From contig JBESAV010000001.1 in assembly GCA_041242255.1 (NCBI GenBank), positions 256,001-320,000 of the forward strand: 64,000 bases of DNA, read 5' to 3'. The stretch's first letter is position 1, and every line of letters starts with the position of its first letter. Source of the stretch: Candidatus Altimarinota bacterium (GTDB taxonomy: Bacteria; Patescibacteriota; Gracilibacteria; UBA1369; GCA-2718715). Shown here in pieces: positions 29,795 through 40,254 of this stretch. Position numbers and translations under genes: made by a program. The notes below the pieces were generated by a model. It was not told the DNA's origin. It saw nothing but the letters and a program-made list of their open reading frames with translations, and made no database searches.

Positions 29795-31508
29795 TTACAA
29801 GAATCTCTTCTCCAGCCGACAACCCCTCTAAAACTTCAACCATTCCATTAGTCCCAACTACTCCAAGTCTCACCTTTCGTTTTTCAATTGTAAAAGGATC
29901 ATAGTCCTTTATCACATTCACAAAGGTCTCTTTGTTTTCACGAATCACATCTATATTATTTATCAATAAACCTTCAGCTTCTTCCAAAGTCAGAACTACA
30001 TCACCGGTCATACCTGATCTCACATCAAGATCACCCGGCTCAAGTTTTATATCTACCTTAAACACAGGTACATTGTCAGTAAGACTAGACTCTTTGTTTA
30101 TACGAACAACTACACCAACTAGTGTGTCACTTGGGTAAGCTTCCAACATAACCTCAACTTCCTGCCCTTCATTTAAAAATCTCAAGTACCTCTCAGGTGA
30201 ATCCACCTCAATCAAAAGGTCATTCTCAGCTTGTAATGTCACTACTCTTTCAGACAAGCTTACTATCTCACCTTCAGCTATTTCCAGATCAACCACAGTT
30301 CCATCAATCGGCGCAGTGATAGACCGTTTTTGAATATCTGCATTTATAGATTGGATCCTTCCATTCTCAAATTGAACTCTAGCTTCTCTTGATTCTAGTA
30401 GAGAGTTTGCTTGTTCGACAGCTATTTCTTGAATTCTTAAGTCATTATCGTCTGCTCCATCACGTACTCTTTTCAGGTCCGCCTCAGCTTGAGCAAGACT
30501 CCTTTCAGCTACCATTACATTTGATCGTAGGTTTGTTTCAGAGGACTGATTGTTTCTCAGCGTATTAAGAAATCTTTGCTCCAAATTATTCAAAGTAGCT
30601 ATCTCACTGGCTACAATGCTTTTCTGACTTTCTATCTGACTTCTAGTAGCTTCTGAAACATCATCATCTAAAGAGAAGTATAAAAATGCATTACTGACCT
30701 CATTCAGTCCTGACTTAAGTTCACGCAGAAGCTCTAAGCTTTGATCACTACTATTTACATCTGTATTCAGCAACTTTTCAACCAATCCTCCCTTAGCTTC
30801 AGAGATAACTTGTGTCCTAAATCTCTCTGAATCTCTTATTCCAACTAGTATCTCAGCAGCCAAAGCCTTATGGTAGCCAACCCTAACTGATTCACTATCC
30901 GCTTGGGGGTAAACAGCAAACTGGATATCAGTAAGATTGTATAGCGAACTTAGCGCTTGGTTTAAGCTTGAATCTAAAGTAATCCTAGTTTCATCTATTA
31001 AACTCTCTAAGGCACGAACATTATCTGCGAGGCCTTCCTCCAAAAGTTTTTCTGCTCTTTCAAGTTCTTCCTTTCGCAGGTCCACAGTTGTCTCAGCTAC
31101 TCTTATTTCCTGACTTGATCCACCAGATTTAAGATCTTCTAGTCTTGTTTTTTCAAGTTCAACTTGTTGAGCCTGCTGTTTAAGAGAGCTTTGGGCTTCT
31201 CTTAAGTTTGCATAAGCTTGAGTCCTCTGGGCTAAAAGATCATTAATGTTTAAACTAATCAACCTAGTACCTTCCTCTACAAATTGATTTTCATTCACCA
31301 ATACCTCAGCAACTTTTCCAGAAACTTCAAAACCAAGGTCTAAATCTTGATTTGCTTTAACGGTTCCAACTAAAGTTGTTTTATTAAAAACTTCTCCATC
31401 AACTACTTCGTAGCTATCAATTGAGTTACTTGACGAGCGATACCAAACCAATCCAGATCCAATAACAACCACTGCAACAATTACACTTCCAATCAGCTTT
31501 TTGCTCAT
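29778..31508 (-). CDS. HlyD/MacA-family membrane fusion (adaptor) protein with a long coiled coil
   Basis: N-terminal TM helix; lipoyl halves (SGKVAEVLV, ITAPIDGTV); RSGMT and VEVLEGLSAGEEI motifs. Confidence 0.85.
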   Translation of the reverse strand: MSKKLIGSVIVAVVVIGSGLVWYRSSSNSIDSYEVVDGEVFNKTTLVGTVKANQDLDLGFEVSGKVAEVLVNENQFVEEGTRLISLNINDLLAQRTQAYANLREAQSSLKQQAQQVELEKTRLEDLKSGGSSQEIRVAETTVDLRKEELERAEKLLEEGLADNVRALESLIDETRITLDSSLNQALSSLYNLTDIQFAVYPQADSESVRVGYHKALAAEILVGIRDSERFRTQVISEAKGGLVEKLLNTDVNSSDQSLELLRELKSGLNEVSNAFLYFSLDDDVSEATRSQIESQKSIVASEIATLNNLEQRFLNTLRNNQSSETNLRSNVMVAERSLAQAEADLKRVRDGADDNDLRIQEIAVEQANSLLESREARVQFENGRIQSINADIQKRSITAPIDGTVVDLEIAEGEIVSLSERVVTLQAENDLLIEVDSPERYLRFLNEGQEVEVMLEAYPSDTLVGVVVRINKESSLTDNVPVFKVDIKLEPGDLDVRSGMTGDVVLTLEEAEGLLINNIDVIRENKETFVNVIKDYDPFTIEKRKVRLGVVGTNGMVEVLEGLSAGEEILVNGSND

Positions 31509-31623
31509 ATATATATTTTTATATCTGATAATTATACCAAAATAAGCCTTTTTATACCAGCCTTAACTCCTTGCAAACTGCTTCTGTACTCACCTATAAT
31601 TTCTTCAAACCTAATCTTAAAAA

Positions 31624-31968
31624 ATGTCTATTATTAAAGAATTCAAAGAGTTCGCCATTAAAGGTGATGTTATTGATCTAGCTGTGGCCGTAGTTATCGG
31701 TACTGCCTTTGGAAAAATTGTTAGTTCACTAGTGGATGACATCATTATGCCACTTGCGGGACTAATCATGGGGAAAGTTGATTTCTCAACTTTGTCTCTA
31801 TCTCTCGGGGGAGACAACGAGCTTCCATACGGATCATTCATCCAAAACATCGTTGAATTTCTGATAATTGCTTTCTCAGTGTTTCTTATGGTCAAGTTTT
31901 TAAATAGCTTCAGAAAAAAGAATGAAGATGAATCAAAAAAGAAAACTAAGAAAAAGTCTAAGAAGTAG
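31624..31968 (+). CDS. mscL: Large-conductance mechanosensitive channel
   Basis: [33 protein letters not shown] and YGSFI motifs. Confidence 0.95.
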   Translation: MSIIKEFKEFAIKGDVIDLAVAVVIGTAFGKIVSSLVDDIIMPLAGLIMGKVDFSTLSLSLGGDNELPYGSFIQNIVEFLIIAFSVFLMVKFLNSFRKKNEDESKKKTKKKSKK

Positions 31969-34006
31969 CTGGTTTCTCAACTCCATGCCTTGATCTGACA
32001 ACCCTAGCTAAAACTAAGCTAGATACAAACAATACCCCTGATACAGCTAAAAGTTCAGGTTTAAGCTCAATCATGCTCGCATCAAAGTTTGCAAAATCAA
32101 CAGACGCTCCAAAAAATACAAAAGTAGCAATCCCAGGCAAAGTACCTAGGAAAGTTGCTAGCATGTACTGGACCCATTTCACTTTCAAAATACCACAGCC
32201 ATAATTCACACCATCAAAGGGTAAATAAATCAGACGCATAATCATTACTGATTCAAAAGACCTATCTTTAAGCCTTTTCTTCCATTTCCCCAAAAAGCTA
32301 CTCTCATCACCAATCAAATCTCCTCCCAAAAACCTTCCAGCTCCGTAAGCTACACTCGCTGACATATTTGCTCCAACTGTAGTCGCAGCAATTCCAACTA
32401 TCGGTCCAAACAAAGCCCCAGACAAAACAGTAAGCAAAGTCCCAGGAAACAAAATCAAAGGCCGCAAAGTATAAACAAGAATATAAATCCCCACAGTAGT
32501 TAGATCAGGATCTGAAAAGTAGTTAAAAAAGTCCTTCGCAATTTCTAAATTCGTTTTATCATATATATCCTTGTACCAAAAGAATCCATATATGAGGGTC
32601 GCCCAAAACAAAGCCGCTACAAACTTCAATGCATTATCCTTCAGCCAGTTCTTGGCATATGTCTTCCACTCAGCTGATATAGCTCTGAGGTAATCATCAC
32701 CAGCCTTCTTAAAGATTCTTGAGTAAGTAGGATAGGCAAAGATACTTGATGATAGTTTATGTAAGGATATCTTATTATCTATAGCCTGAACCACTACACC
32801 AATCATCTCACCAGCATGAGGCCCAACTATTTCTGCTCCCAATATTTTACCTCTCAACCCTTTAACCACAAAAACAGCCTTACCAGATGTCTGCTCAGTT
32901 TTAGAGCGATCAACTCTATCAAAATCCAAAACAATCTTAAAGATTTGATTCTCAGAGTGTTTATCTACAGCTTCTTCATAGGTCATCCCAACAGAAGCAA
33001 CTTCATTCTCCATATAAACAACTTTTGGCATAGCTTTTTTACTTGCAAAGCTAAAAGGTAAAAGAATATCTTTTACAACATTTCGACCTTGATGATCAGC
33101 ATTATGGGTTAGTTTATCTCGGCTACACACATCCCCAACTGCATAGATTCCCCGAGTACTAGTTTTATTTTTATCATTCACTAGGATTCCATTCTTATCG
33201 TGCTTCACTCCAGCTTTCTCTAAGTCCAAGTTATCAACATCCACAACTCTCCCCACAGCCATCAGTACCCGATCAAGCTCTATTTTTTCCTTACCCACAT
33301 AGGCAATCTGCCCTTCAACTTTTTCAATACTAGATCTAAAGTGTATTTTCACACCTTTAGCCTCTAGTTCATCTTTTACAAAATCACTAACCTCAGTATT
33401 ACTTTTACCTAAAAGCATATCTCCTCTGACAATTAAGTGAACTTCACTACCCAAGTTTGCAAAGGCCTCACCTAATTCACAAGCAATCACTCCGCCACCA
33501 ATTATTAAAAGCCTGGTTGGAATCTCCTTCAAATCAAATACACTTTTATTTGTAAGGATCTGGTCCTTCTTAAGACCCTCTACCTTTATAACTCTAGGCT
33601 CAGACCCAGTTGCAATCACAATTTTTTTGCCTCTGTAAGTTTTACCATTCACCACAATCAATTTCTTATCAACAAATCTAGCTTCACCCTTAACTACTTT
33701 TAAGCTCTTATAGTTCTTCTCAAGTGCTTCAGGTGACTCATGATCTAAAATCTCATTTACAATATTCTCTGCATATTTCATTGATTGGTCTAAGACTTTC
33801 TTTTCAACATCTATCCCAAACTTTTTCAGAACAGCCATTTCCTTGCCATACTTAATCAAGCTTTTTGATGGAATACATCCGTAATTAGTGCAATCTCCAC
33901 CCATCTTATGTTTTTCAATCAGTAAAACCTTCTTTTCAAGACCTGCTAAACCTAAAGCAACAGTCAGCCCCCCTGACCCCGCTCCTATTACAATTACATC
34001 AAACAT
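31958..34006 (-). CDS. Pyridine nucleotide-disulfide oxidoreductase (Lpd/MerA-like) fused to a C-terminal TVP38/DedA (VTT) membrane domain
   Basis: [36 protein letters not shown] and YPT motifs, followed by [22 protein letters not shown] and TFLGTLPG. Confidence 0.85.
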   Translation of the reverse strand: MFDVIVIGAGSGGLTVALGLAGLEKKVLLIEKHKMGGDCTNYGCIPSKSLIKYGKEMAVLKKFGIDVEKKVLDQSMKYAENIVNEILDHESPEALEKNYKSLKVVKGEARFVDKKLIVVNGKTYRGKKIVIATGSEPRVIKVEGLKKDQILTNKSVFDLKEIPTRLLIIGGGVIACELGEAFANLGSEVHLIVRGDMLLGKSNTEVSDFVKDELEAKGVKIHFRSSIEKVEGQIAYVGKEKIELDRVLMAVGRVVDVDNLDLEKAGVKHDKNGILVNDKNKTSTRGIYAVGDVCSRDKLTHNADHQGRNVVKDILLPFSFASKKAMPKVVYMENEVASVGMTYEEAVDKHSENQIFKIVLDFDRVDRSKTEQTSGKAVFVVKGLRGKILGAEIVGPHAGEMIGVVVQAIDNKISLHKLSSSIFAYPTYSRIFKKAGDDYLRAISAEWKTYAKNWLKDNALKFVAALFWATLIYGFFWYKDIYDKTNLEIAKDFFNYFSDPDLTTVGIYILVYTLRPLILFPGTLLTVLSGALFGPIVGIAATTVGANMSASVAYGAGRFLGGDLIGDESSFLGKWKKRLKDRSFESVMIMRLIYLPFDGVNYGCGILKVKWVQYMLATFLGTLPGIATFVFFGASVDFANFDASMIELKPELLAVSGVLFVSSLVLARVVRSRHGVEKPATS

Positions 34007-34114
34007 TAAATCTATTTATAAATTCATTCACAATTCTAGCTACTCTTAATTACATCTCCAAATTAATCTCCTAGCCAAAATGTGTTAAGTTTTGCAAGAA
34101 ATTAATACACTTAC

Positions 34115-34513
34115 ATGGCTACAAAAAAGAAAACAAAAAAACAATTTTACATGCCAAGAGCAGACTGGGCTCTAGCCTTTGCTCTAATCCTCAGCTTGAG
34201 GTTTGATCAGCAAATCATTGTACACGCAAGAACTCTTCTAGAAAAAGTATTTACATCTAAATACACTCAAGAAGTACTTACAAATATGCCAGAAGAGCAA
34301 TTCGTAAGTCTTCAACAGTCTTACACAAACCTAGACGCTCTCATCACTTTCGGATTAGGATTTTTAATCCCATCAGTAGCCCTTCTACTTGCTTTATCAG
34401 TAAGAGAAAAAGCTTCATCTAAAGTGCTTGTAGCCGTTACGATATTAAGTAGTTCATTGGTTATGATAACTTCTCTGATCTCAGCAATCGGATACATTTC
34501 TAGCCTAAGTTAA
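34115..34513 (+). CDS. Hypothetical membrane protein (about 3 TM helices)
   Basis: Basic N-terminus and hydrophobic segments; followed by its own terminator. Confidence 0.7.
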   Translation: MATKKKTKKQFYMPRADWALAFALILSLRFDQQIIVHARTLLEKVFTSKYTQEVLTNMPEEQFVSLQQSYTNLDALITFGLGFLIPSVALLLALSVREKASSKVLVAVTILSSSLVMITSLISAIGYISSLS

Positions 34514-34520
34514 ACCCTCA

Positions 34521-34544
34521 GACCCTCCTCTCGGAGGGTTTTTT
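34521..34544 (+). terminator. Intrinsic terminator
   Basis: GACCCTCC-TCTC-GGAGGGTT plus T-run. Confidence 0.85.
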
Positions 34545-34593
34545 CTTTTAAAATTCCAAAATTAAAATATAATCAGCGCAAAAACAATTTTTT

Positions 34594-35649
34594 ATGTCTT
34601 TGCCCATTTTATCTAGTTTCATCCATAAATTTAATCCTGAATACCTTCGGGAGATTTCCTCAAACCTTGAGCTTTATAAGCACCCAGATATATCCAAAAC
34701 ATTACAGCAGATCGTCCCAATTGCAGAAGGCGGAAAAAGAGTTCGTCCTTACCTAACATTCCTAATGGATTCATCTGAGAATGAATCAAACCACCAACCC
34801 TTCTATCAAGCTATAGAGCTAATTCATCTGTTTGCACTAATCCACGACGACATCATGGATGAATGTGATAATAGAAGAGGAGAGCCAACGATTCATTGTC
34901 ACTCTAGGCAGTTCTATCCAAACCTTCCAACAGCAAAAAACTCAAGAATAACAGAGTCTATCGCAATACTTGCCGGAGACTTAGTTTTTAGTTTAGCCGA
35001 AAAAAGTTTTGTGAATGGTATAAAAAAATCAACTCAGAAAGAAAATGCATTAAAAGCTTATGAGTATTTTTGCATGCTAAAAGAAGAGGTCATATATGGT
35101 CAGCTTCTAGATCTACATCTATCGGCCCAGAAAGAAGCTAGTCACCAAGAGGTCTACGATAAAACTTTCTATAAAACAGCCAGTTATACAGTGATCAAAC
35201 CATTACAGATTGGTTGTATACTAGCAGGTAGAGATGATCTCTTGGATTTCTGTCATGAGTTTGGAGAATCCCTTGGAGTTGCATTTCAGATTCAAGACGA
35301 TTACATAAATCTAACAGTCCCAGAGGAAATAACTGGAAAGCCTCAGTACAGTGATGTCCTAGAGGGGCAAAAAACCTTCTTTACAGTTTACCTTCAGGGG
35401 CACGAAGAAAAATCACATTGGGAGTATTATCAGTCATTACTTTCTAATAAAGAGCTCAATAAGGATCAATCCACCAATCTCAAATCAATTCTCACATCTA
35501 GTAATGCTTTGCAGGCAGGTCTTGAAGAATTCACAAAGCTCTACAGTAAAGCGGAAGATATTCTAGAATCAAATAAATCCAATCTATCTCAAGACTCATA
35601 CCAAGGTCTTAAAGAATTAGTTGAATACCTTAAGACACGTCGAAAATGA
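34594..35649 (+). CDS. crtE: Polyprenyl (probably geranylgeranyl) diphosphate synthase
   Basis: GGKRVRP, FALIHDDIMD...RRG, KTA and FQIQDD motifs. Phe five residues before the first DDxxD implies a short-chain product. First gene of the crt operon. Confidence 0.82.
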   Translation: MSLPILSSFIHKFNPEYLREISSNLELYKHPDISKTLQQIVPIAEGGKRVRPYLTFLMDSSENESNHQPFYQAIELIHLFALIHDDIMDECDNRRGEPTIHCHSRQFYPNLPTAKNSRITESIAILAGDLVFSLAEKSFVNGIKKSTQKENALKAYEYFCMLKEEVIYGQLLDLHLSAQKEASHQEVYDKTFYKTASYTVIKPLQIGCILAGRDDLLDFCHEFGESLGVAFQIQDDYINLTVPEEITGKPQYSDVLEGQKTFFTVYLQGHEEKSHWEYYQSLLSNKELNKDQSTNLKSILTSSNALQAGLEEFTKLYSKAEDILESNKSNLSQDSYQGLKELVEYLKTRRK

Positions 35650-36530
35650 AACTCAATCCAAAGGATCTCACCTATTGCAAAAAAATTATGTCAGACTGCG
35701 GTCCAACATATTACTGGGCAACTAGGTTATTACCCCAAAAAATCCGAAATGCCACATATGTTTTATACGCATTTTATAGAGTTCCTGACGATATTGTAGA
35801 CCTTGCTCCAGCCAAACAAAAAGAAGATAAACTAAACCAATGGCTGTCAGATTGGGAAAGATCCAAGCAGAAGCCTCACAAAGTCAAAAGTCCTGTTTTA
35901 AGAGCGGCTCAAGTAATTCACAAAAAATTCAACATACCTTACAAGTATGCAGATGCTTTTCTAAAAGCTATGAAGCAAGATCTTACAAAATCTAGATACA
36001 ATAATTATCAAGAGCTAGCAGACTACATGTTTGGATCAGCAGCAGTTCCAGGGATAATGATGACCTACCTTGTAAAGCCTAATCCGGACAAAAAAACACT
36101 ACAGCAAGCCGAAGATCTAGGCCTAGCAATGCAGCTTACAAACTTTATCAGAGACATCAAAGAAGACATAGAAGATAGAGATAGAATATACATGCCCGTA
36201 GATGAAATGAAGCGATTCAATATTACAGAAGAGGATATCAAAAAGCACCGCTATCCAAATACATGGAAAAGCTTTATCTGCTTTCAAATCAATCGCTCCC
36301 ATGACCTGTATAAGAGTGGTTTCGAAGGACTTAAAAAGTTACCATTACATACTAGGTTTTGCATAAAACTTGCCGCTATTATGTACATGGATTATAACCG
36401 CCAAATTATTAAATCTGACTTTCAAGTATTTCATACAACCTATAAACTGTCCACAAGCAGAAAGTTTTTCTGTCTGATTAAAACCATATTAAATCTAACC
36501 ACCCCTCCAAGATGTCCAAAGCAATTATAA
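35646..36530 (+). CDS. crtB: Phytoene synthase
   Basis: YAFYRVPDDIVD, AMQLTNFIRDIKED and RIYMP motifs. Confidence 0.92.
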   Translation: MKLNPKDLTYCKKIMSDCGPTYYWATRLLPQKIRNATYVLYAFYRVPDDIVDLAPAKQKEDKLNQWLSDWERSKQKPHKVKSPVLRAAQVIHKKFNIPYKYADAFLKAMKQDLTKSRYNNYQELADYMFGSAAVPGIMMTYLVKPNPDKKTLQQAEDLGLAMQLTNFIRDIKEDIEDRDRIYMPVDEMKRFNITEEDIKKHRYPNTWKSFICFQINRSHDLYKSGFEGLKKLPLHTRFCIKLAAIMYMDYNRQIIKSDFQVFHTTYKLSTSRKFFCLIKTILNLTTPPRCPKQL

Positions 36531-38017
36531 TCGGATCAGGTTTTGGTGGGTTAGCTTCAGCTTGTCTACTAGCTAAAGATGGATATGAAGTAGAAGTATT
36601 TGAGAAAAATGAGCAAGTAGGTGGTAGAGCCAGCCAAAAAGAAATAGACGGTTTTACTTTTGATATGGGGCCATCTTGGTATTTGATGCCAGACGTATTT
36701 GAGCATTTCTATAAGATACTAGGAGAAGATATCAATAAGCATCTAGAGCTCATCAAACTTTCACCAAGTTACAAGATCTGGTTTAAAGATACAGACCATG
36801 AACCTGTAGATATTTTTAGTGATTTAGAAAAAACCTTACCAATCTTAGAAAAGTTAGAGCCTGGTTGTACTCCTCAAGTTAAAGAATATTTACGTAGGGC
36901 TGAGTATCAGTACGAGGTAGCAATGCAAAATTTTGTGTATAAAAACTACGATAGTATATTTGATTTTTTAAATCTTCAAATGGCAGTTGAAGGGGCAAAG
37001 CTTTCAGTTTTCACAAAGATGCAGAAATACACTGAAAAGTTTTTCAAGACAGAAGAACTGCAGAAAATCATGCAATATACTCTAGTTTTCCTTGGAAGCT
37101 CTCCCTATAATACACCAGCTCTGTACAACATTATGAGTCACATAGATTTCAATATGGGTGTGTTTTACCCAAAAGGTGGGTTCCATGCAGTCGCTAAGTC
37201 TTTACAGGCTATAGCTGAAAAACATGGAGCAAAGATTCACTTAAATTCACCAGTTAAAAAAATAATCTCACATGAGGGTGAGGCTAAAGAAATTCAGCTA
37301 GAGGATGGGACAATTCATGAAGCTGACCTTATAGTCTCAAATGCTGATGTTTATCATACTGAAACAAAGCTTTTAGATCCAAGTGATCAGCAATATCCCC
37401 AAAAATATTGGAATAAAAAAGTGTCGGCACCTTCAGCTTTTATTATGTACCTTGGTTTAGATACTGAGTTGCCACAACTAAGGCATCACAACTTAATTTT
37501 CTCCAAAGATTGGAAGTCAAATTTCTCTCAAATTTTTGATGACCCACAGCTTCCCGAGGATCCATCTATTTACATCTGCAATCCAAATAAAACCGAGCCA
37601 GAAGTAGCACCTCAGGGTACAGAGAACTTATTCATACTAGTACCAATTGCTGCAGGACTAGAGCTTACTGATGCAGACAAAGAGCAATATACAAATCAAA
37701 TCCTTGATCTCCTTCAAGACGAGCTAGATATCCCAGAAATACGTAAAAAACTTCTTGTCCAAAAGATCTTTACCGGAGATGATTTCAAATCACGCTATAA
37801 TTCTTTCCAAGGTTCAGCCTTAGGTTTAGCCCATACTATGACCCAGACCGCACTTTTCAGACCTAGAAATTATTCCAAAAAAGTAAAAAACTTATACTAC
37901 ACAGGAGGAAACACAGTGCCTGGAATCGGAGTGCCAATGTGTTTTATAAGCGCTCAACTTATGTACAAAAGATTAAAAAACGATAAATCAGCTGGTCCAC
38001 TATCAAACATAAGTTAG
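36512..38017 (+). CDS. crtI: Phytoene desaturase / carotenoid 3,4-desaturase family (CrtI/CrtD)
   Basis: GSGFGGL, GGRA, FDMGPSWYLMPDVF and NLYYTGGNTVPGIGVPM motifs. Confidence 0.9.
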   Translation: MSKAIIIGSGFGGLASACLLAKDGYEVEVFEKNEQVGGRASQKEIDGFTFDMGPSWYLMPDVFEHFYKILGEDINKHLELIKLSPSYKIWFKDTDHEPVDIFSDLEKTLPILEKLEPGCTPQVKEYLRRAEYQYEVAMQNFVYKNYDSIFDFLNLQMAVEGAKLSVFTKMQKYTEKFFKTEELQKIMQYTLVFLGSSPYNTPALYNIMSHIDFNMGVFYPKGGFHAVAKSLQAIAEKHGAKIHLNSPVKKIISHEGEAKEIQLEDGTIHEADLIVSNADVYHTETKLLDPSDQQYPQKYWNKKVSAPSAFIMYLGLDTELPQLRHHNLIFSKDWKSNFSQIFDDPQLPEDPSIYICNPNKTEPEVAPQGTENLFILVPIAAGLELTDADKEQYTNQILDLLQDELDIPEIRKKLLVQKIFTGDDFKSRYNSFQGSALGLAHTMTQTALFRPRNYSKKVKNLYYTGGNTVPGIGVPMCFISAQLMYKRLKNDKSAGPLSNIS

Positions 38018-38045
38018 CCCGCACAATTACCAAAGCCAATCAAAT

Positions 38046-38906
38046 ATGAACCCAATTCAATCCAACCTTAAATACCTTATCAAGATATCTCGTCCACGTT
38101 TTTGGATGTATGTATTTGGCCCAGCTTTTTTAGGAGTCCTTATTTCCCTTTTGCTACAAGGCAGAGTAGCTTTGACTAGTCAAAGCTTAATCACTCTTAT
38201 TTACTTCACTTTCCCAGCTAACTTACTGATTTACGGAATCAATGACATATTTGACGGCGACACTGATCAATACAACCCCAAAAAAGGAGGTTACGAGGCA
38301 GTTCATCAACAAAATCAAACCAAACTCTTGGCAACCATAATAACTCTTACCAACCTACCTTTTCTGATCTATCTAGCTTTCCAGAACTCCACTACCGTAA
38401 TTTTCACAGTTGCTTTTTTGTTCTTCAGCATTCAGTACTCCGCCACACCAATTCGCGCCAAATCCAAGCCAATTATAGACGGAATATTTAACTTCCTATA
38501 TGTAGCCCCAGCTCTGATAACACTTAGTCTCTCAAACCCCGAAGCTATCAATCAATCATCAGTACCACTAATTCTAGCCGGAACCTTCTGGTGTATGTCC
38601 ATGCATGCTTTTTCTGCTATTCCAGATATAGAGGCAGATACTAAAGCAGGACTAACCACCACAGCCGTTCTATTTCAAGAAAAAGGAACATTTGTTTACT
38701 GCTTCCTATTGTATCTAGCTACAGCAATTCTTACCACGATCTCCACAAGTCTAGCTTTATCAGCACCACTATATGTATATCCAGTTCTTATCATTTACAC
38801 TGGGTTAAACTCCCAAAAAACCTTCCAAATCTATAAGTATTTTCCATACTTGAACACATTTGTAGGTTTTCTAATTTCAATTCAATTAATCATTAAGCTG
38901 ATCTAA
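38046..38906 (+). CDS. lyeJ: Lycopene elongase-type UbiA prenyltransferase (LyeJ/CrtEb-like)
   Basis: SRPRFW, PANLLIYGINDIFD..TD..NPKKGG, YSA.P.R.K and SAIPDIEAD motifs; polytopic; directly follows crtI. Confidence 0.8.
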   Translation: MNPIQSNLKYLIKISRPRFWMYVFGPAFLGVLISLLLQGRVALTSQSLITLIYFTFPANLLIYGINDIFDGDTDQYNPKKGGYEAVHQQNQTKLLATIITLTNLPFLIYLAFQNSTTVIFTVAFLFFSIQYSATPIRAKSKPIIDGIFNFLYVAPALITLSLSNPEAINQSSVPLILAGTFWCMSMHAFSAIPDIEADTKAGLTTTAVLFQEKGTFVYCFLLYLATAILTTISTSLALSAPLYVYPVLIIYTGLNSQKTFQIYKYFPYLNTFVGFLISIQLIIKLI

Positions 38907-39448
38907 TGTTCAACCCACCTCCTACACCTATCCAAAACTTCAAAACCAATCAATCTTTCCAACTTGCTCCGTTAGTATCTGATGGAAAAACCCGTAACCA
39001 GCTAATCAAAGATATCTATGATTGCTGCTCAGAAGACCTTATTTATAAAACTCTCTTCCAAGATAGACACCCAGAAGGGTACAGTATAGAGCATGCTCAA
39101 GGGTTTTTAGACTATTCAGAAGAAGGTTGGATCAACCAAACTCATTTCATTTTTGGAATATTCCATCCCGAAACAAATCAACTTGTAGGAGCTATAGATA
39201 TAAAGTCTGCCAATAAAGAAAAAGCAGAAGTAGGTTACTGGCTCTCTAAACACTTCTCAGGTCTCATGACCAACGCCTTAATCGCCATAACAAAAATAGC
39301 CAAAAAAGCCGGCTATCAATCATTAGAAATTTATACCGAAGTATCTAATCAAAAGTCAGAAAGAGTCGTACAAAGAGCTGGATTTCAATTACAAGTAATC
39401 AAAAATGAAGAGGGGGAAGTTCGAAAATATCACCTACTTGAGCTCTAA
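38906..39448 (+). CDS. GNAT N-acetyltransferase (RimJ/RimL type)
   Basis: AEVGYWL, GLMT and N..SERV..RAGF motifs; TAATG overlap with lyeJ. Confidence 0.8.
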   Translation: MFNPPPTPIQNFKTNQSFQLAPLVSDGKTRNQLIKDIYDCCSEDLIYKTLFQDRHPEGYSIEHAQGFLDYSEEGWINQTHFIFGIFHPETNQLVGAIDIKSANKEKAEVGYWLSKHFSGLMTNALIAITKIAKKAGYQSLEIYTEVSNQKSERVVQRAGFQLQVIKNEEGEVRKYHLLEL

Positions 39449-40203
39449 GTCTTCTGCATACTCTTAGCCGAAATAATTCTCACAACATTTCTTGGCAAAA
39501 ACCTAAGTCCAAAATGAAGTATAAAAGAAAGTCCAGGTCCAGGCACCACAATTGCTTTCCCTTTAAACAATCCCTGCAAGGCTTTTTCAGCTACAAACTC
39601 AGCCGAAGCCAGACCTGATTGAAAAGCTTTCACCCTGTCCATTCCAGCTACCTCAGAAAAGCCAGTCTCAACAGGTCCTGGACATAGGGCAGTCACTACA
39701 ACGTCATCATTTTTTAATTCCTCATGCAGGGCCTCTGATAAAGAAAGCACATAAGCCTTTGTTGCATAGTAAACAGCCATCCCTGGTCCAGGCAAAAACC
39801 CAGCTGAAGAGGCAACATTGAGCAAGTAACCAGTACCATCAACCTCTTTCAACACGGGTACAAACAAATGAGTTAATCTAGTCAGAGCATCAATATTTAG
39901 ACTAATCATTTTTGAGTCAGTCTCTATGGATCTACTTTCAAATTTTCCATGGCCCCCAAACCCAGCATTATTTACCAAAATTAAAACATTCAATCCTTTA
40001 CACGCTTCAAAAACTCGCTCGCAAGATCCAACTACAGTCAAATCTTCAGCTACCACCTTGCATTCAACATCCAGAGTAGAGGCAAGTTCTTTTAGTTTGT
40101 CTTCACTTCTCGCAACTAAAACTAAATTATATCCTTTATTTGCTAGTTTCTTAGCCATTTCCATCCCAATCCCAGACGAAGCCCCAGTTACAACAGCCCA
40201 CAT
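39445..40203 (-). CDS. Short-chain dehydrogenase/reductase
   Basis: TGASSGIG, NNAGFG, YYATK and CPGPVETGF motifs; ATG at 40203 (GTG 40209 is an alternative). Confidence 0.92.
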   Translation of the reverse strand: MWAVVTGASSGIGMEMAKKLANKGYNLVLVARSEDKLKELASTLDVECKVVAEDLTVVGSCERVFEACKGLNVLILVNNAGFGGHGKFESRSIETDSKMISLNIDALTRLTHLFVPVLKEVDGTGYLLNVASSAGFLPGPGMAVYYATKAYVLSLSEALHEELKNDDVVVTALCPGPVETGFSEVAGMDRVKAFQSGLASAEFVAEKALQGLFKGKAIVVPGPGLSFILHFGLRFLPRNVVRIISAKSMQKT

Positions 40204-40254
40204 ATACACTAATTAAATAATTAAATTCATTCTATCACCACTATATTAAAAACC

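Noticed and set aside
31958-34006. Mercuric reductase (merA) or a true E3 subunit (lpdA)
   Set aside because: No C-terminal Cys-Cys pair or mer genes; it lacks the HPTxxE motif and has no neighbouring E1/E2 genes
34115-39448. Rhodopsin/retinal module associated with the crt genes
   Set aside because: No 7-TM opsin with a retinal-binding Lys, no crtY and no blh in the window; lycopene elongation competes with retinal synthesis
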